Shown here: piece after piece, positions 21,029 to 31,891 of the stretch
Numbering within the stretch: position 1 is the first letter of the stretch
How the letters are laid out: each line of letters opens with the position of its first letter
Made by a program: the position numbers and the translations under genes
Assembly: GCA_963716255.1 (NCBI GenBank)
Contig: OY970303.1
Span: 96,001 to 160,000, forward strand
Source of the DNA: an uncultured Gemmatimonadales bacterium
GTDB lineage: Bacteria; Gemmatimonadota; Gemmatimonadetes; Longimicrobiales; Longimicrobiaceae
DNA: 64,000 bases
Reading direction: 5' to 3'
Notes under the pieces: model-generated
Seen by the model: only the letters and a program-made list of their open reading frames with translations
Databases searched by the model: none
Told to the model about the DNA's origin: nothing

Positions 21029-21658
21029 TCAGCTGCCGTGGGCCTCGAGCAGCGCCGAGCGCGCGGCGGCGTCCAGCGCGTCCCCCGGGGGGAGCCCGTG
21101 GTGCTGGCGGAAGAGGCGCACGGCGGCGTCCAGCGACGCCTCCTCCCCGGACGCCGCGCGGAGGAAGCCCAGGTTCTCCAGCCGCGCCCGTACTCCCGCC
21201 TCGGTGGCGACGGGGTCCAGCCCGCCCAGCTGCAGGTCGATCTCGTCCGCGTCCTCGCCGCTGCCGATCACCAGCTTCCCCGCGCGCGCCCCGGGCGGAA
21301 TCCACTCCTCGATGCGCCCCTCGGCGTCGGCGCGCCCTTCCCTGCGCACCCCGTCGATCTCCAGAACGTAGGCCACGCCGGCCCGGGGCAGGTCGCTGTC
21401 CATCACCTGCATCCTCAGCTTCTCCGGCACGCCCCGGCGGCGGAAGCGGTGGCGCCGCCCCGTGGCCGCCGGGACCCGCTTTTCGCGCAGGTCGGGGACG
21501 ACGACCTCGTCCCCGGCGAGGAGGACGTTGGGGTTCCCGCGCAGCGCGCGGAGGCCCGCGTTGGCGGAATCGCGCCACACGGTGTCGGGATGGAAGCCGC
21601 TGCCGAACGCGATGCTGGCGATGCAGTCGCCTTCCGCGACGACGTGGGTTGTGGGCAT
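21029..21658 (-). CDS. LysM-like + transthyretin-like + peptidoglycan-binding protein
   Basis: HVVAEGDCIASIA..NPNVLLAGDEVVVP; VRARLENLGF..AVRLFRQHHGLP. Confidence 0.82.
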   Translation of the reverse strand: MPTTHVVAEGDCIASIAFGSGFHPDTVWRDSANAGLRALRGNPNVLLAGDEVVVPDLREKRVPAATGRRHRFRRRGVPEKLRMQVMDSDLPRAGVAYVLEIDGVRREGRADAEGRIEEWIPPGARAGKLVIGSGEDADEIDLQLGGLDPVATEAGVRARLENLGFLRAASGEEASLDAAVRLFRQHHGLPPGDALDAAARSALLEAHGS

Positions 21659-21816
21659 GGGAAGATGCTCTGCGGGGAGGTGCCGCCGGGAAGACCAGGG
21701 GAGCCGGCGGGCGGCGTGAGAAGGCGCCCGTTCCCGGCGCCCCCCGCCGCGACGTAGATTAACCCCGGCGCTGCGCCCCCCGCCAGCCGCCCCGACTCCC
21801 GTCCGCTTCCCCGCGC

Positions 21817-22500
21817 ATGCGACGCACCTTCCTCCACGGAACCGAGGCCTGGGAGCTCGCCACCGGGATCGACCCGCTCCCCGGCCCCGCCGAGCGCTTC
21901 CGGGACGAGCACGAGGCCGAGCGCTTCGTGCGGCGCATCGCCGGGGGGGACGCCACCCCGCTGCGCGAGCTGCTGGGCGCCGACGCGCCGTGGCTGGACG
22001 TGCGCCGGATGGACGACGGGGAGGTGGTCGTCCGCATCGCGCGCGACCTCCACGCCGGCACCGTCCGCGCGGCCCTCAGGCCACCCCCGCCCCCGCCGCG
22101 CACCCCCGTGGGCGGCGGATCCGCGTCGGTCGCCTCGCGGGAGATGACGCCCCGGCAGTGGGAGCAGGCCGCGCGCGCCGCCCGTCCCCTCCCGCCCCCC
22201 CGCCCCGCCGCCGCCCCGGCCCCGGCGGCGCAGACGGCTGCGGAATCCGCCGCCCCGACGTCGGCGGACACACCCGCAGCGGACGAGCCGGCCACGCTCG
22301 ACTGGATCGAGATCGAGCTGCTCGGCGAGGACGACGCCCCCATCGCCGGGGAGCGCTACGTGGTGGCCCTCCCCGACGGCTCCACCCGCGAGGGTGTCAC
22401 CGACCGGGATGGCCTCGCCCGGCTGGAGGGGATCCGCTCCGGCACCTGCCGCGTCTCCTTTCCCGGCCTGGACCGCGACGCCTGGGTTCCCGCCGGATGA
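21817..22500 (+). CDS. Hypothetical protein with C-terminal transthyretin-like domain
   Basis: WIEIELLGEDDAPIAGERYVVALPDGSTREGVTDRDGLARLEGI..CRVSFP, resembling VgrG C-terminal extensions. Confidence 0.72.
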   Translation: MRRTFLHGTEAWELATGIDPLPGPAERFRDEHEAERFVRRIAGGDATPLRELLGADAPWLDVRRMDDGEVVVRIARDLHAGTVRAALRPPPPPPRTPVGGGSASVASREMTPRQWEQAARAARPLPPPRPAAAPAPAAQTAAESAAPTSADTPAADEPATLDWIEIELLGEDDAPIAGERYVVALPDGSTREGVTDRDGLARLEGIRSGTCRVSFPGLDRDAWVPAG

Positions 22501-24980
22501 AGCGCAAGGGATCGGACTCGATCGATCCATTCGTCGCGTCCTTCAAGGACGCGCGCGTCTCGTGCCCCAACTGCATGGCACTGCTGCGCGGGGCCGCCAC
22601 GGTCGGCTGCGCGACGTGCCCGGGCCGGTTCTGCGCCGCCTGCATCGCAGCGCACCGGCGCCCCGACGACGCCGCCGGACACGCCTGCTGCGCGGCAACG
22701 GGCACCGACTGCCCGGCGTGCGGCCGGACGGACTGCAACCTCCACTGCGGCGCCGTCCACCCGTCCGCGTTCGACGCCCTGGGGCACGCGTGCTGCCCTA
22801 CCACGGGGGTCCGGTGCCGGGGGTGCCTGCACCCCTTCTGCAACGCGCAGTGCGCGGCCGGGCACCCGCGGGCCGACGATCCGGCCGGACACCCGCTCTG
22901 CCCCGCCGTCCCCCACACGCAGTGCCCCGCCTGCCAGCAGGACTTCTGCAACGCACAGTGCATCGGTGGTCACCCGTCCGTGGCGGACGTGGGCGGCCAC
23001 CCCGTGTGCGCGGGGGTCCTCCACGCCCCGTGCGCGGTCTGCGCGGGCGCGGTGTGCGACGCCCAGTGCAGGGCCGTCCACACCGTCGCGACCGCCATGT
23101 GCGGACACGATGCCTGTCCGGCCACGGTCACCACCTGCGCCGGCTGCGCGCGGACGTACTGCCGGGGATGCAAGGCCGCGAACATCACGGTGGACGTGTG
23201 CGGCACGTGCCTGGCGGAGGCGCACCGCCGGGCGGTCTCCATCAACATCCGGCATGCCGTCATCCCCGGCACCGGCGCGACGCTGAGGCGGACGCTCGCC
23301 GCGGAGGGACCGATCCGGGCGAGGGACGTGGGCGAGCGCGGGACTCCGCCGCCTCCGCTCTCCACGGGAAAGACGGACGCGGCGGCCGAGATCGGGGACA
23401 TGAAGCAGTACGACCGCGGCCACCTGATCGCGTTGGAGCTGGACGGGCAGGACAGCAGCTACGCCATCGCGCCGATGATCCGCCAGTTCAACCGCGCCGG
23501 CACCTGGCGGAAGATGGAGGAGACGATCGTCGCCCTGCTGGGGGGTACGCCCGCGGTGGACGTGAACGACGCCGCGGTTTCCGCCGACACCGCCTCGGTC
23601 CGGACCGCCATCGACGTTTCGCTGCGCACCGTCAACACGGTGGACGTCAACTGGCACATGGAGGTGTACCTCTTCTACCACGACGCCCGGGGGGATACGC
23701 GCGTCCCCGTATGGTTCTACGTGCGGGTGTCCTACAGGCGGCGGCTCTGGACGCACTTCTCCCTCGCCAACCGCTGCAACGAGCCGGCGGCGCTCCCCAG
23801 CCGCACGGAAAGCATCGAGTTCCAGGCCGCCACCGACATCTACGCGACCCTCACGACGGCGAAGCGGAACCAGATCGTCTCCGCCACGACCCGGCCCATG
23901 TACCGGGACCCGGGTGTCGCGCCCGCTCCGCCCAACCAGATCCTCGAGTTCATGGACGAGGTGAACGCCTACTGCCGGGCGAACCTCCTCGCGGTGGTGT
24001 TCACCACCATGCAGGCCGTCGGCAAGGGGCCCAGCACCCCGTACGACGACTTCCAGCGCCCCATCCTGCGGAAGTACAACCGCTGGAAGCACACGGGACC
24101 GCTCACCTCCGACGTGCCGACGGACTGGCTGTACGAGGGCGAGCGCAAGGACGCGTACCCGGTGCTTTCCGAGTGCGGGAGCCGCAACGCGCCCGAGGTG
24201 GACCACGTCAACCCCAGCTACCAGGGCGGCGGCAACTTCTACATCAACGCCCGCCTGGTGAGCTTCTACCACAACCACCTGTACCGCGAAAAGAAGGTGC
24301 TCGGCAGCCGGAAGGTGAACGAGGAGCTGCTTGCCCTGTACCGCACGGACGCCGCTCCGCGGCCCCTGGCGTTCATGAGCAACGCGGCCGTGCGCTTCGA
24401 CTTCATGGGGATCACCGCGTTCAAGCTCCGTTACTGGACCGCGACGGGGGAAAGGACGGGGGCGGCATCCTTCGTCACCGCAACGCTCACCCTCAAGAGC
24501 GACGCCGTGGTGGACGGAACGACCACCGCCGCCCAGTTCCTCGACACCTACTTTTCGGACGACGCGCTGTTCGGCGACGGGCGCACGCTGAAGCTCGGGG
24601 TCGCCAATGCCTACCCACCGTACCGGGACCCGACCGTGTGGGGGATGGTCCAGGCAAGGCAGATCTTCCTCCAGGCGGGGGACGAGCGCGAGGTGAAGTA
24701 CGCCGCCGAGGTCGCGCTGCTCCCCAAGTACACGGCCTCCATCGACAAGCACCACGCCGGCCTGCAGGCGTTCATCGACGACGCGGCCCACCCGGAGCGC
24801 GCGCGGCTCCTGCGGCTGATCGCGGCCGCCAGGGACACGAGCGCCCAGCCGCTCCCGCTGTGCAAGCCCTCGGACGTGCTCAACGCGATGGGCGGGCTCG
24901 CGGGCGGCGGGGGGGCGCGGCCGCCTACGTGGACGTGCGCGGCGGCCCAGCCCGCGGCGACCAGCACTACACGGACCTGA
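22497..24980 (+). CDS. Cys/His-repeat protein with DNA/RNA non-specific endonuclease and second HNH-type motif (putative toxin)
   Basis: ATGA overlap; about five CxxC..C..C..H..GH..C repeats; YDRGHLIALEL..APM..FNR..W; EVDHVNP..GGGN..NARLVS..HN. Confidence 0.78.
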   Translation: MKRKGSDSIDPFVASFKDARVSCPNCMALLRGAATVGCATCPGRFCAACIAAHRRPDDAAGHACCAATGTDCPACGRTDCNLHCGAVHPSAFDALGHACCPTTGVRCRGCLHPFCNAQCAAGHPRADDPAGHPLCPAVPHTQCPACQQDFCNAQCIGGHPSVADVGGHPVCAGVLHAPCAVCAGAVCDAQCRAVHTVATAMCGHDACPATVTTCAGCARTYCRGCKAANITVDVCGTCLAEAHRRAVSINIRHAVIPGTGATLRRTLAAEGPIRARDVGERGTPPPPLSTGKTDAAAEIGDMKQYDRGHLIALELDGQDSSYAIAPMIRQFNRAGTWRKMEETIVALLGGTPAVDVNDAAVSADTASVRTAIDVSLRTVNTVDVNWHMEVYLFYHDARGDTRVPVWFYVRVSYRRRLWTHFSLANRCNEPAALPSRTESIEFQAATDIYATLTTAKRNQIVSATTRPMYRDPGVAPAPPNQILEFMDEVNAYCRANLLAVVFTTMQAVGKGPSTPYDDFQRPILRKYNRWKHTGPLTSDVPTDWLYEGERKDAYPVLSECGSRNAPEVDHVNPSYQGGGNFYINARLVSFYHNHLYREKKVLGSRKVNEELLALYRTDAAPRPLAFMSNAAVRFDFMGITAFKLRYWTATGERTGAASFVTATLTLKSDAVVDGTTTAAQFLDTYFSDDALFGDGRTLKLGVANAYPPYRDPTVWGMVQARQIFLQAGDEREVKYAAEVALLPKYTASIDKHHAGLQAFIDDAAHPERARLLRLIAAARDTSAQPLPLCKPSDVLNAMGGLAGGGGARPPTWTCAAAQPAATSTTRT

Positions 24981-25037
24981 TGGACCGCTGGCGGGCCGTC
25001 GCGGACACGCTCACCTGACCCCCACGGAGGAAGCCCC

Positions 25038-25667
25038 ATGCCCCGCAGCCACACCGCGGCGCACGGAGAGAGCGTCGAGAGCATCGCGTACGCCAACGGG
25101 CTGTTCTGGGAGACCGTGTGGGACGACCCCGGCAACGCCGCGCTCCGCGAGGAGCGCGTGGAGCCCAACGTCCTCGCCGCGGGCGACGTGCTGGTCGTTC
25201 CCGACCTGCGCCCCAAGGAGGTGGAGGCCGCCACCGGCCGGCGGCACGTCTTCCGGCGGCGGGGCGTTCCCTCCGTGCTGCGCGTGCGGCTGCTGGAGGG
25301 GAGCACCCCCCGCGCCGGCCTGGCCTTCACCGTGGACGCCGGCGGGAGGCTCACCCGGGGGAGCACCGACGCCGACGGGTGGGTGGAGGCGTGGCTGATG
25401 CCCGACGTACAGCGCGGCGAGCTGCGGATCGACGCCACCGGGGAATCGTATCCCTTCCAGGTGGGCACGGTGAGCCCCGTGCAGACGCCGCTGGGGGTCC
25501 AGACCCGCCTGCGCAACCTGGGGTACCTGGGCGGACGGCCCACGACCGCCGCGACCCCGCGGGCCGTGGAAGCGCTGCGGGCCTTCCAGCGGGCCAGGGA
25601 CCTCCCCGCCACCGGCGAGCCGGACGAGGCCACGCTCGCCGCGCTGGTGGACGCCCACGGGAGCTGA
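25038..25667 (+). CDS. LysM-like + peptidoglycan-binding protein, paralogue of 21029-21658
   Basis: Same length (209 aa); shared PNVL.AGD..VVPDLR, AATGRRH.FRRRGVP, NLG and terminal AHGS. Confidence 0.85.
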   Translation: MPRSHTAAHGESVESIAYANGLFWETVWDDPGNAALREERVEPNVLAAGDVLVVPDLRPKEVEAATGRRHVFRRRGVPSVLRVRLLEGSTPRAGLAFTVDAGGRLTRGSTDADGWVEAWLMPDVQRGELRIDATGESYPFQVGTVSPVQTPLGVQTRLRNLGYLGGRPTTAATPRAVEALRAFQRARDLPATGEPDEATLAALVDAHGS

Positions 25668-25773
25668 CCGCCGCGAGCGCGCGGCCGGCGCCGCCTCTTT
25701 CCCCTCCCCGCCCCGCCGCGTAGACTGTCCCCCGAGCGCCGCGCCACCCCACCCGCAGCCGGAGGGCCGCCCC

Positions 25774-28095
25774 TTGAAGGTCGCAGTCGTCGGCGGCGGA
25801 CCCGCCGGTCTCTACCTCGCCCTCCTCCTCAGGAAGGCCGATCCCTCCCGCCGCGTGACGGTGCTGGAGCGCAACCGCCCGGACGACACCTTCGGGTGGG
25901 GCGTGGTCTTTTCCGACCAGACGCTGGGCAACCTCCGCGAGGCGGACCCCGAGAGCTACGCCGCCATCACCGGCGAGTTCGCCCACTGGGACGACATCGA
26001 CGTGCACTTCCGGGGGACCACCGTCACCTCCGGCGGGCACGGCTTCAGCGGGATCGCGCGCGTGCGCCTCCTCCAGATCCTCCAGCGCCGCGCCGCCGAG
26101 CTGGGGGTGGAGCTGCGCTTCGGCGTGGACGTGGCGGACGACGAGGCGCTCCCCGGGCTGGGACTGGGCGACGTGGACCTGGTGGTGGCCGCCGACGGGG
26201 TGGGCTCGCGGCTGCGCGCCAAGTACGCCCCGCGCTTCCAGCCCGACCTGGACGTGCGCGGCGCCCGCTTCGTGTGGCTGGGAACCACGCGGCTCTTCGA
26301 CGCCTTCACCTTCATCTTCGTCGAGAACGCGTACGGCGTCTTCCAGGTGCACGCCTACCGCTACGACGAGGCGAACTCCGCCTTCATCGTGGAGTGCGAC
26401 GAGCGGTCGTGGCGCGCCGCCGGCTTCGACCGCATGGGCGAGGCCGAGACGGTCGCCGCCTGCGAGGCCATGTTCGCCCCCTGGCTGGACGGCCACCCGC
26501 TGCGCAGCAACGCCCCCCACCTGCGCTCCCCCTGGCTCCGCTTCACCCGCGTCTCCAACCGGCAGTGGCACCACCTGCGCGCCGACGTGGCGCCGGTGGT
26601 CCTCGTGGGGGACGCCGCCCACACGGCGCACTTCTCCATCGGCTCCGGGACCAAGCTGGCGCTGGAGGACGCCATCGCCCTGGCGCGCATCCTGGACGAG
26701 GAGCCGGCGCTGGAAAGCGCGCTGGAGCGCTACCAGGAGGAGCGGCGCACCGACGCGCTGCGGCTCCAGAACGCGGCGCGCAACTCCATGGAGTGGTTCG
26801 AGAACGTCCGCCGCTACGTGCACCTGGACCCGCCGCAGTTCGCCTACTCGCTGCTCACCCGCAGCCAGCGCGTGTCCCACGAGAACCTGCGGCTGCGCGA
26901 CGGCGCCTACCTGTCCGGGGTGGAACGCTGGTTCGCCGCGCGCGCGAGCGGCGCCGAGCCGGAGCGGGCGCCGCCCCCCATGTTCACGCCCTTCCGGCTG
27001 CGCGGCCTGACGCTCCCCAACCGGGTCGTCGTGTCGCCCATGGACATGTACTCGGCCGTGGACGGCACGCCCAACGACTTCCACCTGGTGCACCTGGGCG
27101 CGCGGGCGATGGGCGGCGCGGGGCTGGTGATGACGGAGATGACCTGCGTCTCCCCCGAGGGGCGGATCACGCTGGGGTGCTGCGGCATGTACGCGCCCGA
27201 GCACCTGGCCGCCTGGCGGCGCGTCGTCGACTTCGTGCACGCCGCCTCGCCCGCCAGGATCTGCCTCCAGCTGGGGCACTCCGGGCGCAAGGGCGCCACC
27301 CGCCTGATGTGGGAGGGGATGGACGAGCCGCTCCCCGAGGGCGGCTGGGAGGTGCTCGCGCCCTCCGACCTCCCCTGGAAGCCCGGGAACCCCGTCCCCC
27401 GCCCCATGACCCGCGCCGACATGGACGCGGTGCTCTGCGAGTTCGTGCGCGCCACCGAGATGGCCGCCCGGGCCGGGTTCGACATGGTGGAACTGCACTG
27501 CGCCCACGGCTACCTGCTTTCCAGCTTCCTGACCCCGCTCAGCAACCGGCGCACCGACGCGTACGGCGGCTCGCTGGAGAATCGGCTGCGCTACCCGCTG
27601 GAGGTGTTCGCGGCCATGCGCGGCGCCTGGCCCGAGGAGCGGCCCATGTCGGTGCGCATCTCCGCCACCGACTGGGTGGACGAGGGCGGGCTGGACTGCG
27701 ACGAGGCCGTGGAGATCGCGCGCGCGTTCAAGGAAGCGGGCGCGGACCTGGTCCACGTGTCCGCCGGGCAGACCACGCCGGACGCCAGGCCGGTGTACGG
27801 GCGCATGTTCCAGACACCGTTCAGCGACCGCATCCGCAACGAGGCCGGGATCGCGACCGTGGCCGTGGGCAACATCACCGAGGCGGACCAGGTGAACGGG
27901 ATCATCGCCGCGGGCCGGGCGGACCTGTGCGCGCTCGCCCGGCCGCACCTGAGCGACCCGCAGTGGACTTTGCACGCTGCCGCTGAGCTTGGCTATTCGG
28001 AGCAGTGGTGGCCGGTGCAGTACCTGTCGGGCAAGTCGCAGCTGGAGCGTCAGCTTCAGCGGCAGCAGGAGCTGCTGGGGAACGCCACGATCTGA
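25774..28095 (+). CDS. abmA: Bifunctional anthraniloyl/salicylyl-CoA monooxygenase-reductase
   Basis: [38 protein letters not shown], old-yellow-enzyme domain HCAHGYLL. Confidence 0.9.
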   Translation: MKVAVVGGGPAGLYLALLLRKADPSRRVTVLERNRPDDTFGWGVVFSDQTLGNLREADPESYAAITGEFAHWDDIDVHFRGTTVTSGGHGFSGIARVRLLQILQRRAAELGVELRFGVDVADDEALPGLGLGDVDLVVAADGVGSRLRAKYAPRFQPDLDVRGARFVWLGTTRLFDAFTFIFVENAYGVFQVHAYRYDEANSAFIVECDERSWRAAGFDRMGEAETVAACEAMFAPWLDGHPLRSNAPHLRSPWLRFTRVSNRQWHHLRADVAPVVLVGDAAHTAHFSIGSGTKLALEDAIALARILDEEPALESALERYQEERRTDALRLQNAARNSMEWFENVRRYVHLDPPQFAYSLLTRSQRVSHENLRLRDGAYLSGVERWFAARASGAEPERAPPPMFTPFRLRGLTLPNRVVVSPMDMYSAVDGTPNDFHLVHLGARAMGGAGLVMTEMTCVSPEGRITLGCCGMYAPEHLAAWRRVVDFVHAASPARICLQLGHSGRKGATRLMWEGMDEPLPEGGWEVLAPSDLPWKPGNPVPRPMTRADMDAVLCEFVRATEMAARAGFDMVELHCAHGYLLSSFLTPLSNRRTDAYGGSLENRLRYPLEVFAAMRGAWPEERPMSVRISATDWVDEGGLDCDEAVEIARAFKEAGADLVHVSAGQTTPDARPVYGRMFQTPFSDRIRNEAGIATVAVGNITEADQVNGIIAAGRADLCALARPHLSDPQWTLHAAAELGYSEQWWPVQYLSGKSQLERQLQRQQELLGNATI

Positions 28096-28121
28096 GGTCC
28101 GGCCGTCGATGCGGGTGCGTC

Positions 28122-28254
28122 GGGGCCGCTCCGGAGCCGGACGATACTGCCGTCCGTCTCCTGCGCGGGTCGCGGAGCCCCGCCAAACAGCCGGCGGGTC
28201 TCCGCTCCGGCGGAGTGAGCCTCACGCAAACAGCCGCGCGAGTCTCCCTCCGCA
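28122..28254 (+). repeat. Repeat family C (triple hairpin), copy 1
   Basis: Three stems with ATACTGCC/AAACAGCC loops; homologous to reverse complement of 50637-50768. Confidence 0.85.
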
Positions 28255-28311
28255 CTTGGGGTGGGAAGAAACTCCGGGGACTGCGAACGGCAACTGCAAC
28301 GGCGGAGCACG

Positions 28312-29109
28312 ATGGCGGCTGAGGGGGCGTACCTGGGCGGGCGGCACGCGGTGGTGACCGGCGGCGGGCGGGGGATCGGGGCCGCCGTCGCGGAGGAGCT
28401 GGCGCGCCTGGGGGCGGCGCTCACCCTCATGGGGCGCGACGGGGCGCGCCTGGAGGCGCGCGCGCGCGAGGTCGCCGCGCGCCACGGCGCGCGCGTGGAG
28501 GCGGTCGCGTGCGACGTGGCGGACGACGTGTCCGTGGCGGCGGCGTTCGCCGCCGCGCGGGAGCGCTCCGGCGAGGTGCACGTGCTGGTCAACAACGCGG
28601 GGCAGTCGGAGGGCGTCGCCTTCGGCGAGACCACGCGCGAGACCTGGGACCGGATGCTCGCGGTGAACCTCACGGGGGTCTTTCTGTGCACGCAGCAGGT
28701 GCTCCCGGGCATGCTGGAGGCGCGCTCCGGCCGCATCGTCAACGTCGCGTCCACCGCGGGGCTGCGCGGGTACTCGCGCACGGCGGCCTACACCGCGGCG
28801 AAGCACGGCGTCGTCGGCCTCACCCGCGCCCTCGCGCTGGAGACCGCCAAGCGCGGCATCACCGTGAACGCCGTCTGCCCCGGCTACACCGAGACGGACA
28901 TGGCGCAGTCCGCCGTGGACACCCTGGTGCGGGCGCGCGGCATCACCGCGGACGAGGCCCGTGCGATGATCGCGCGCCCCATCCCCCGCGGCACGCTGAT
29001 CCTCCCCGAGGAGGTGGCCAACGCGGTGGGGTGGCTGTGCTCGCCGGGGGCGTCGGCCGTGACCGGGCAGGCGATCGTGGTGGCGGGGGGAGAGGTGATG
29101 GCGGGGTGA
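28312..29109 (+). CDS. Short-chain dehydrogenase/reductase
   Basis: TGGGRGIG, NNAG, YTAAK, NAVCPG. Confidence 0.93.
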   Translation: MAAEGAYLGGRHAVVTGGGRGIGAAVAEELARLGAALTLMGRDGARLEARAREVAARHGARVEAVACDVADDVSVAAAFAAARERSGEVHVLVNNAGQSEGVAFGETTRETWDRMLAVNLTGVFLCTQQVLPGMLEARSGRIVNVASTAGLRGYSRTAAYTAAKHGVVGLTRALALETAKRGITVNAVCPGYTETDMAQSAVDTLVRARGITADEARAMIARPIPRGTLILPEEVANAVGWLCSPGASAVTGQAIVVAGGEVMAG

Positions 29110-29110
29110 G

Positions 29111-29637
29111 GGGCCCCCACCCGGCTCGCTTGAGGCTCGCCACCCTCCCCCAATTCTGGGGGAGGGCTTCCCGCGACTCGGTTTTCCATGAGCGCCGACA
29201 AGCACAAGCCTGTCCGAGGAACCAGCCGGGAAGTGCGGGAAGCCGCCCGGGGATTTCGCAGGACCATGACGGAAGCAGAGCAGGTGCTGTGGGCGGCTCT
29301 CCGTTACCAGAAGGCGCGCGGGCTCAGGTTCAGGCGTCAGCACCCCGTCGGCAGGTTCGTGCTCGACTTCTTCTGCCCCTCGGCGAAGCTGGCAGTAGAG
29401 CTGGATGGTTCCGTCCACGACCAGCAGGTCGAGCGAGACGAGGAGCGGACCCGCGTCCTGGAAACCGCCGGCTACCGTGTCCTCCGTTTCCGGAACGAGG
29501 AAGTGTTCGACGACTTGCCCGCCGTCCTGCGACGCATCACCGCGGCAGCCCGGGAAACGCGATGATCTCGCCTCCCGGCGAGCCCTCCCCCAGAATTGGG
29601 GGAGGGTGGCGGCTCTAAGGCCGCCGGGTGGGGGCCC
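29111..29637. mobile_element. DUF559 cassette bounded by ~57-bp palindromic inverted repeats (family B)
   Basis: 29111-29168 and 29581-29637 are reverse complements apart from a small internal segment. Confidence 0.7.
29188..29565 (+). CDS. DUF559 / Vsr-like endonuclease
   Basis: [50 protein letters not shown]. Confidence 0.92.
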   Translation: MSADKHKPVRGTSREVREAARGFRRTMTEAEQVLWAALRYQKARGLRFRRQHPVGRFVLDFFCPSAKLAVELDGSVHDQQVERDEERTRVLETAGYRVLRFRNEEVFDDLPAVLRRITAAARETR

Positions 29638-29671
29638 GCGCACGGCACCCGAAGACAAACCACGATCCGAC

Positions 29672-30505
<834 letters not shown>

Positions 30506-30517
30506 GAAGGGACGGAT

Positions 30518-30649
30518 TCGGGCGTGACCCCGGCTGGCGCCGGGGTCGGGCTTCGGCTCCGTAAGCGAGCAAACAACGCTCGCTAACGGAGTCGAGCCCC
30601 GGCAAACTGCCGCCGGGTCTCGCCCCTTCGGGCCGTAATCCCTCACGCG
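30518..30649 (+). repeat. Repeat family A, copy 5
   Basis: Matches consensus. Confidence 0.95.
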
Positions 30650-30691
30650 GGAGCTGCCGCGTAGTCCTTGTTTCACGCTTCGAGAGACCGC

Positions 30692-31891
30692 ATGCCTGAC
30701 CGTACGTTTCTGCGCTGGCCGTTCTTCGAGGACGTGCACCGGCAGGTGGCCGACGACCTGGAGGCGTGGATCGCCTCCGAGCCCGCGGTGAGCGAGCCCG
30801 ACCACGGCGACGTGGACGCCGCCTGCCGCGACCTGGTGCGGCGGCTGGGGGCCGCCGGGTGGCTGCGGTGCGCGCTGCCCGCGCCCTTCGGAGTCATCGG
30901 GCCGCGGCTGGACGTGCGGACCCTCTGCCTGGTGCGGGAAACGCTGGCCCGCGCCTCCGGGCTGGCGGACTTCGCCTTCGCCATGCAGGGGCTGGGGTGC
31001 GGGCCCATCTCGCTCTTCGGCAGCGACGCCCAGCGGGGGCGCTACCTCCCCGGGGTGGCGGCGGGGGCGGCGATCGCGGCGTTCGCGCTGTCCGAGCCCG
31101 AGGCCGGGTCCGACGTCGCCGCCATGCGCACCACCGCCCGCCGCGACGGCGACGGGTTCGTCATCGACGGGCGCAAGACGTGGATCTCCAACGCCGGCAT
31201 CGCCGACCACTACGTGGTGTTCGCGCGCTTCCCCGAGGCCGGGGAGCGCGGCTTCGCCGCGCTCGTGGTGGACGCCGAAAACCCCGGTCTGCGCGTGAGC
31301 GAGCGCATCCGGACCCTCGCGCCGCACCCGCTGGGCACCGTGGAGTTCGACGGCTGCCGCGTGGACGCCGACGCGCTCGTGGGCGAGGCCGGCGGCGGGC
31401 TGCGCGTCGCGCTGGGGACGCTGGACGTGTTCCGCTCCACCGTGGGCGCCGCCGCGCTGGGGTTCGCCCGGCGGGCGCTGGACGAAGCGCTGGCGTGGAC
31501 CCGCGAGCGCCACGCCTTCGGCAAGCCGCTCGCCGACTTCCAGCTCACCCAGGCGCGCCTCGCCGACATGGCGCTGGACATCGACGCGAGCGCGCTGCTG
31601 GTGTACCGCGCCGCGTGGACCCGCGACGCCGGGGCGGAGCGCGTCACCCGCGAGGCCGCCATGGCCAAGCTGTACGCCACCGAAGCCGCGCAGCGCGTGG
31701 TCGACTCCGCCGTGCAGCTCCTCGGCGGGCGAGGCGTGGTCGCCGACGCCCCCGTGGAGCAGCTGTACCGCGAAGTCCGCGCGCTGCGCATCTACGAAGG
31801 CACCTCCGAGATCCAGAAGCTGGTCATCGCCGGGCAGCTCCCCGGCGCGGCCGCCAGACCCCAGGCGAAAGGAGCGGCGGGCAATGGCTGA
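30692..31891 (+). CDS. Acyl-CoA dehydrogenase
   Basis: [37 protein letters not shown]. Confidence 0.93.
   Translation: MPDRTFLRWPFFEDVHRQVADDLEAWIASEPAVSEPDHGDVDAACRDLVRRLGAAGWLRCALPAPFGVIGPRLDVRTLCLVRETLARASGLADFAFAMQGLGCGPISLFGSDAQRGRYLPGVAAGAAIAAFALSEPEAGSDVAAMRTTARRDGDGFVIDGRKTWISNAGIADHYVVFARFPEAGERGFAALVVDAENPGLRVSERIRTLAPHPLGTVEFDGCRVDADALVGEAGGGLRVALGTLDVFRSTVGAAALGFARRALDEALAWTRERHAFGKPLADFQLTQARLADMALDIDASALLVYRAAWTRDAGAERVTREAAMAKLYATEAAQRVVDSAVQLLGGRGVVADAPVEQLYREVRALRIYEGTSEIQKLVIAGQLPGAAARPQAKGAAGNG

Noticed and set aside
16046..21757. 1903-aa plus-strand ORF and other long overlapping ORFs (e.g. 1647-5741, 9100-11826, 35789-38914, 44497-47859)
   Set aside because: Shadow frames typical of high-GC DNA; they lie opposite motif-bearing genes and have no recognisable domains
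24980..25018. 12-codon ORF after the nuclease as an immunity peptide
   Set aside because: Too short, no RBS, no supporting features
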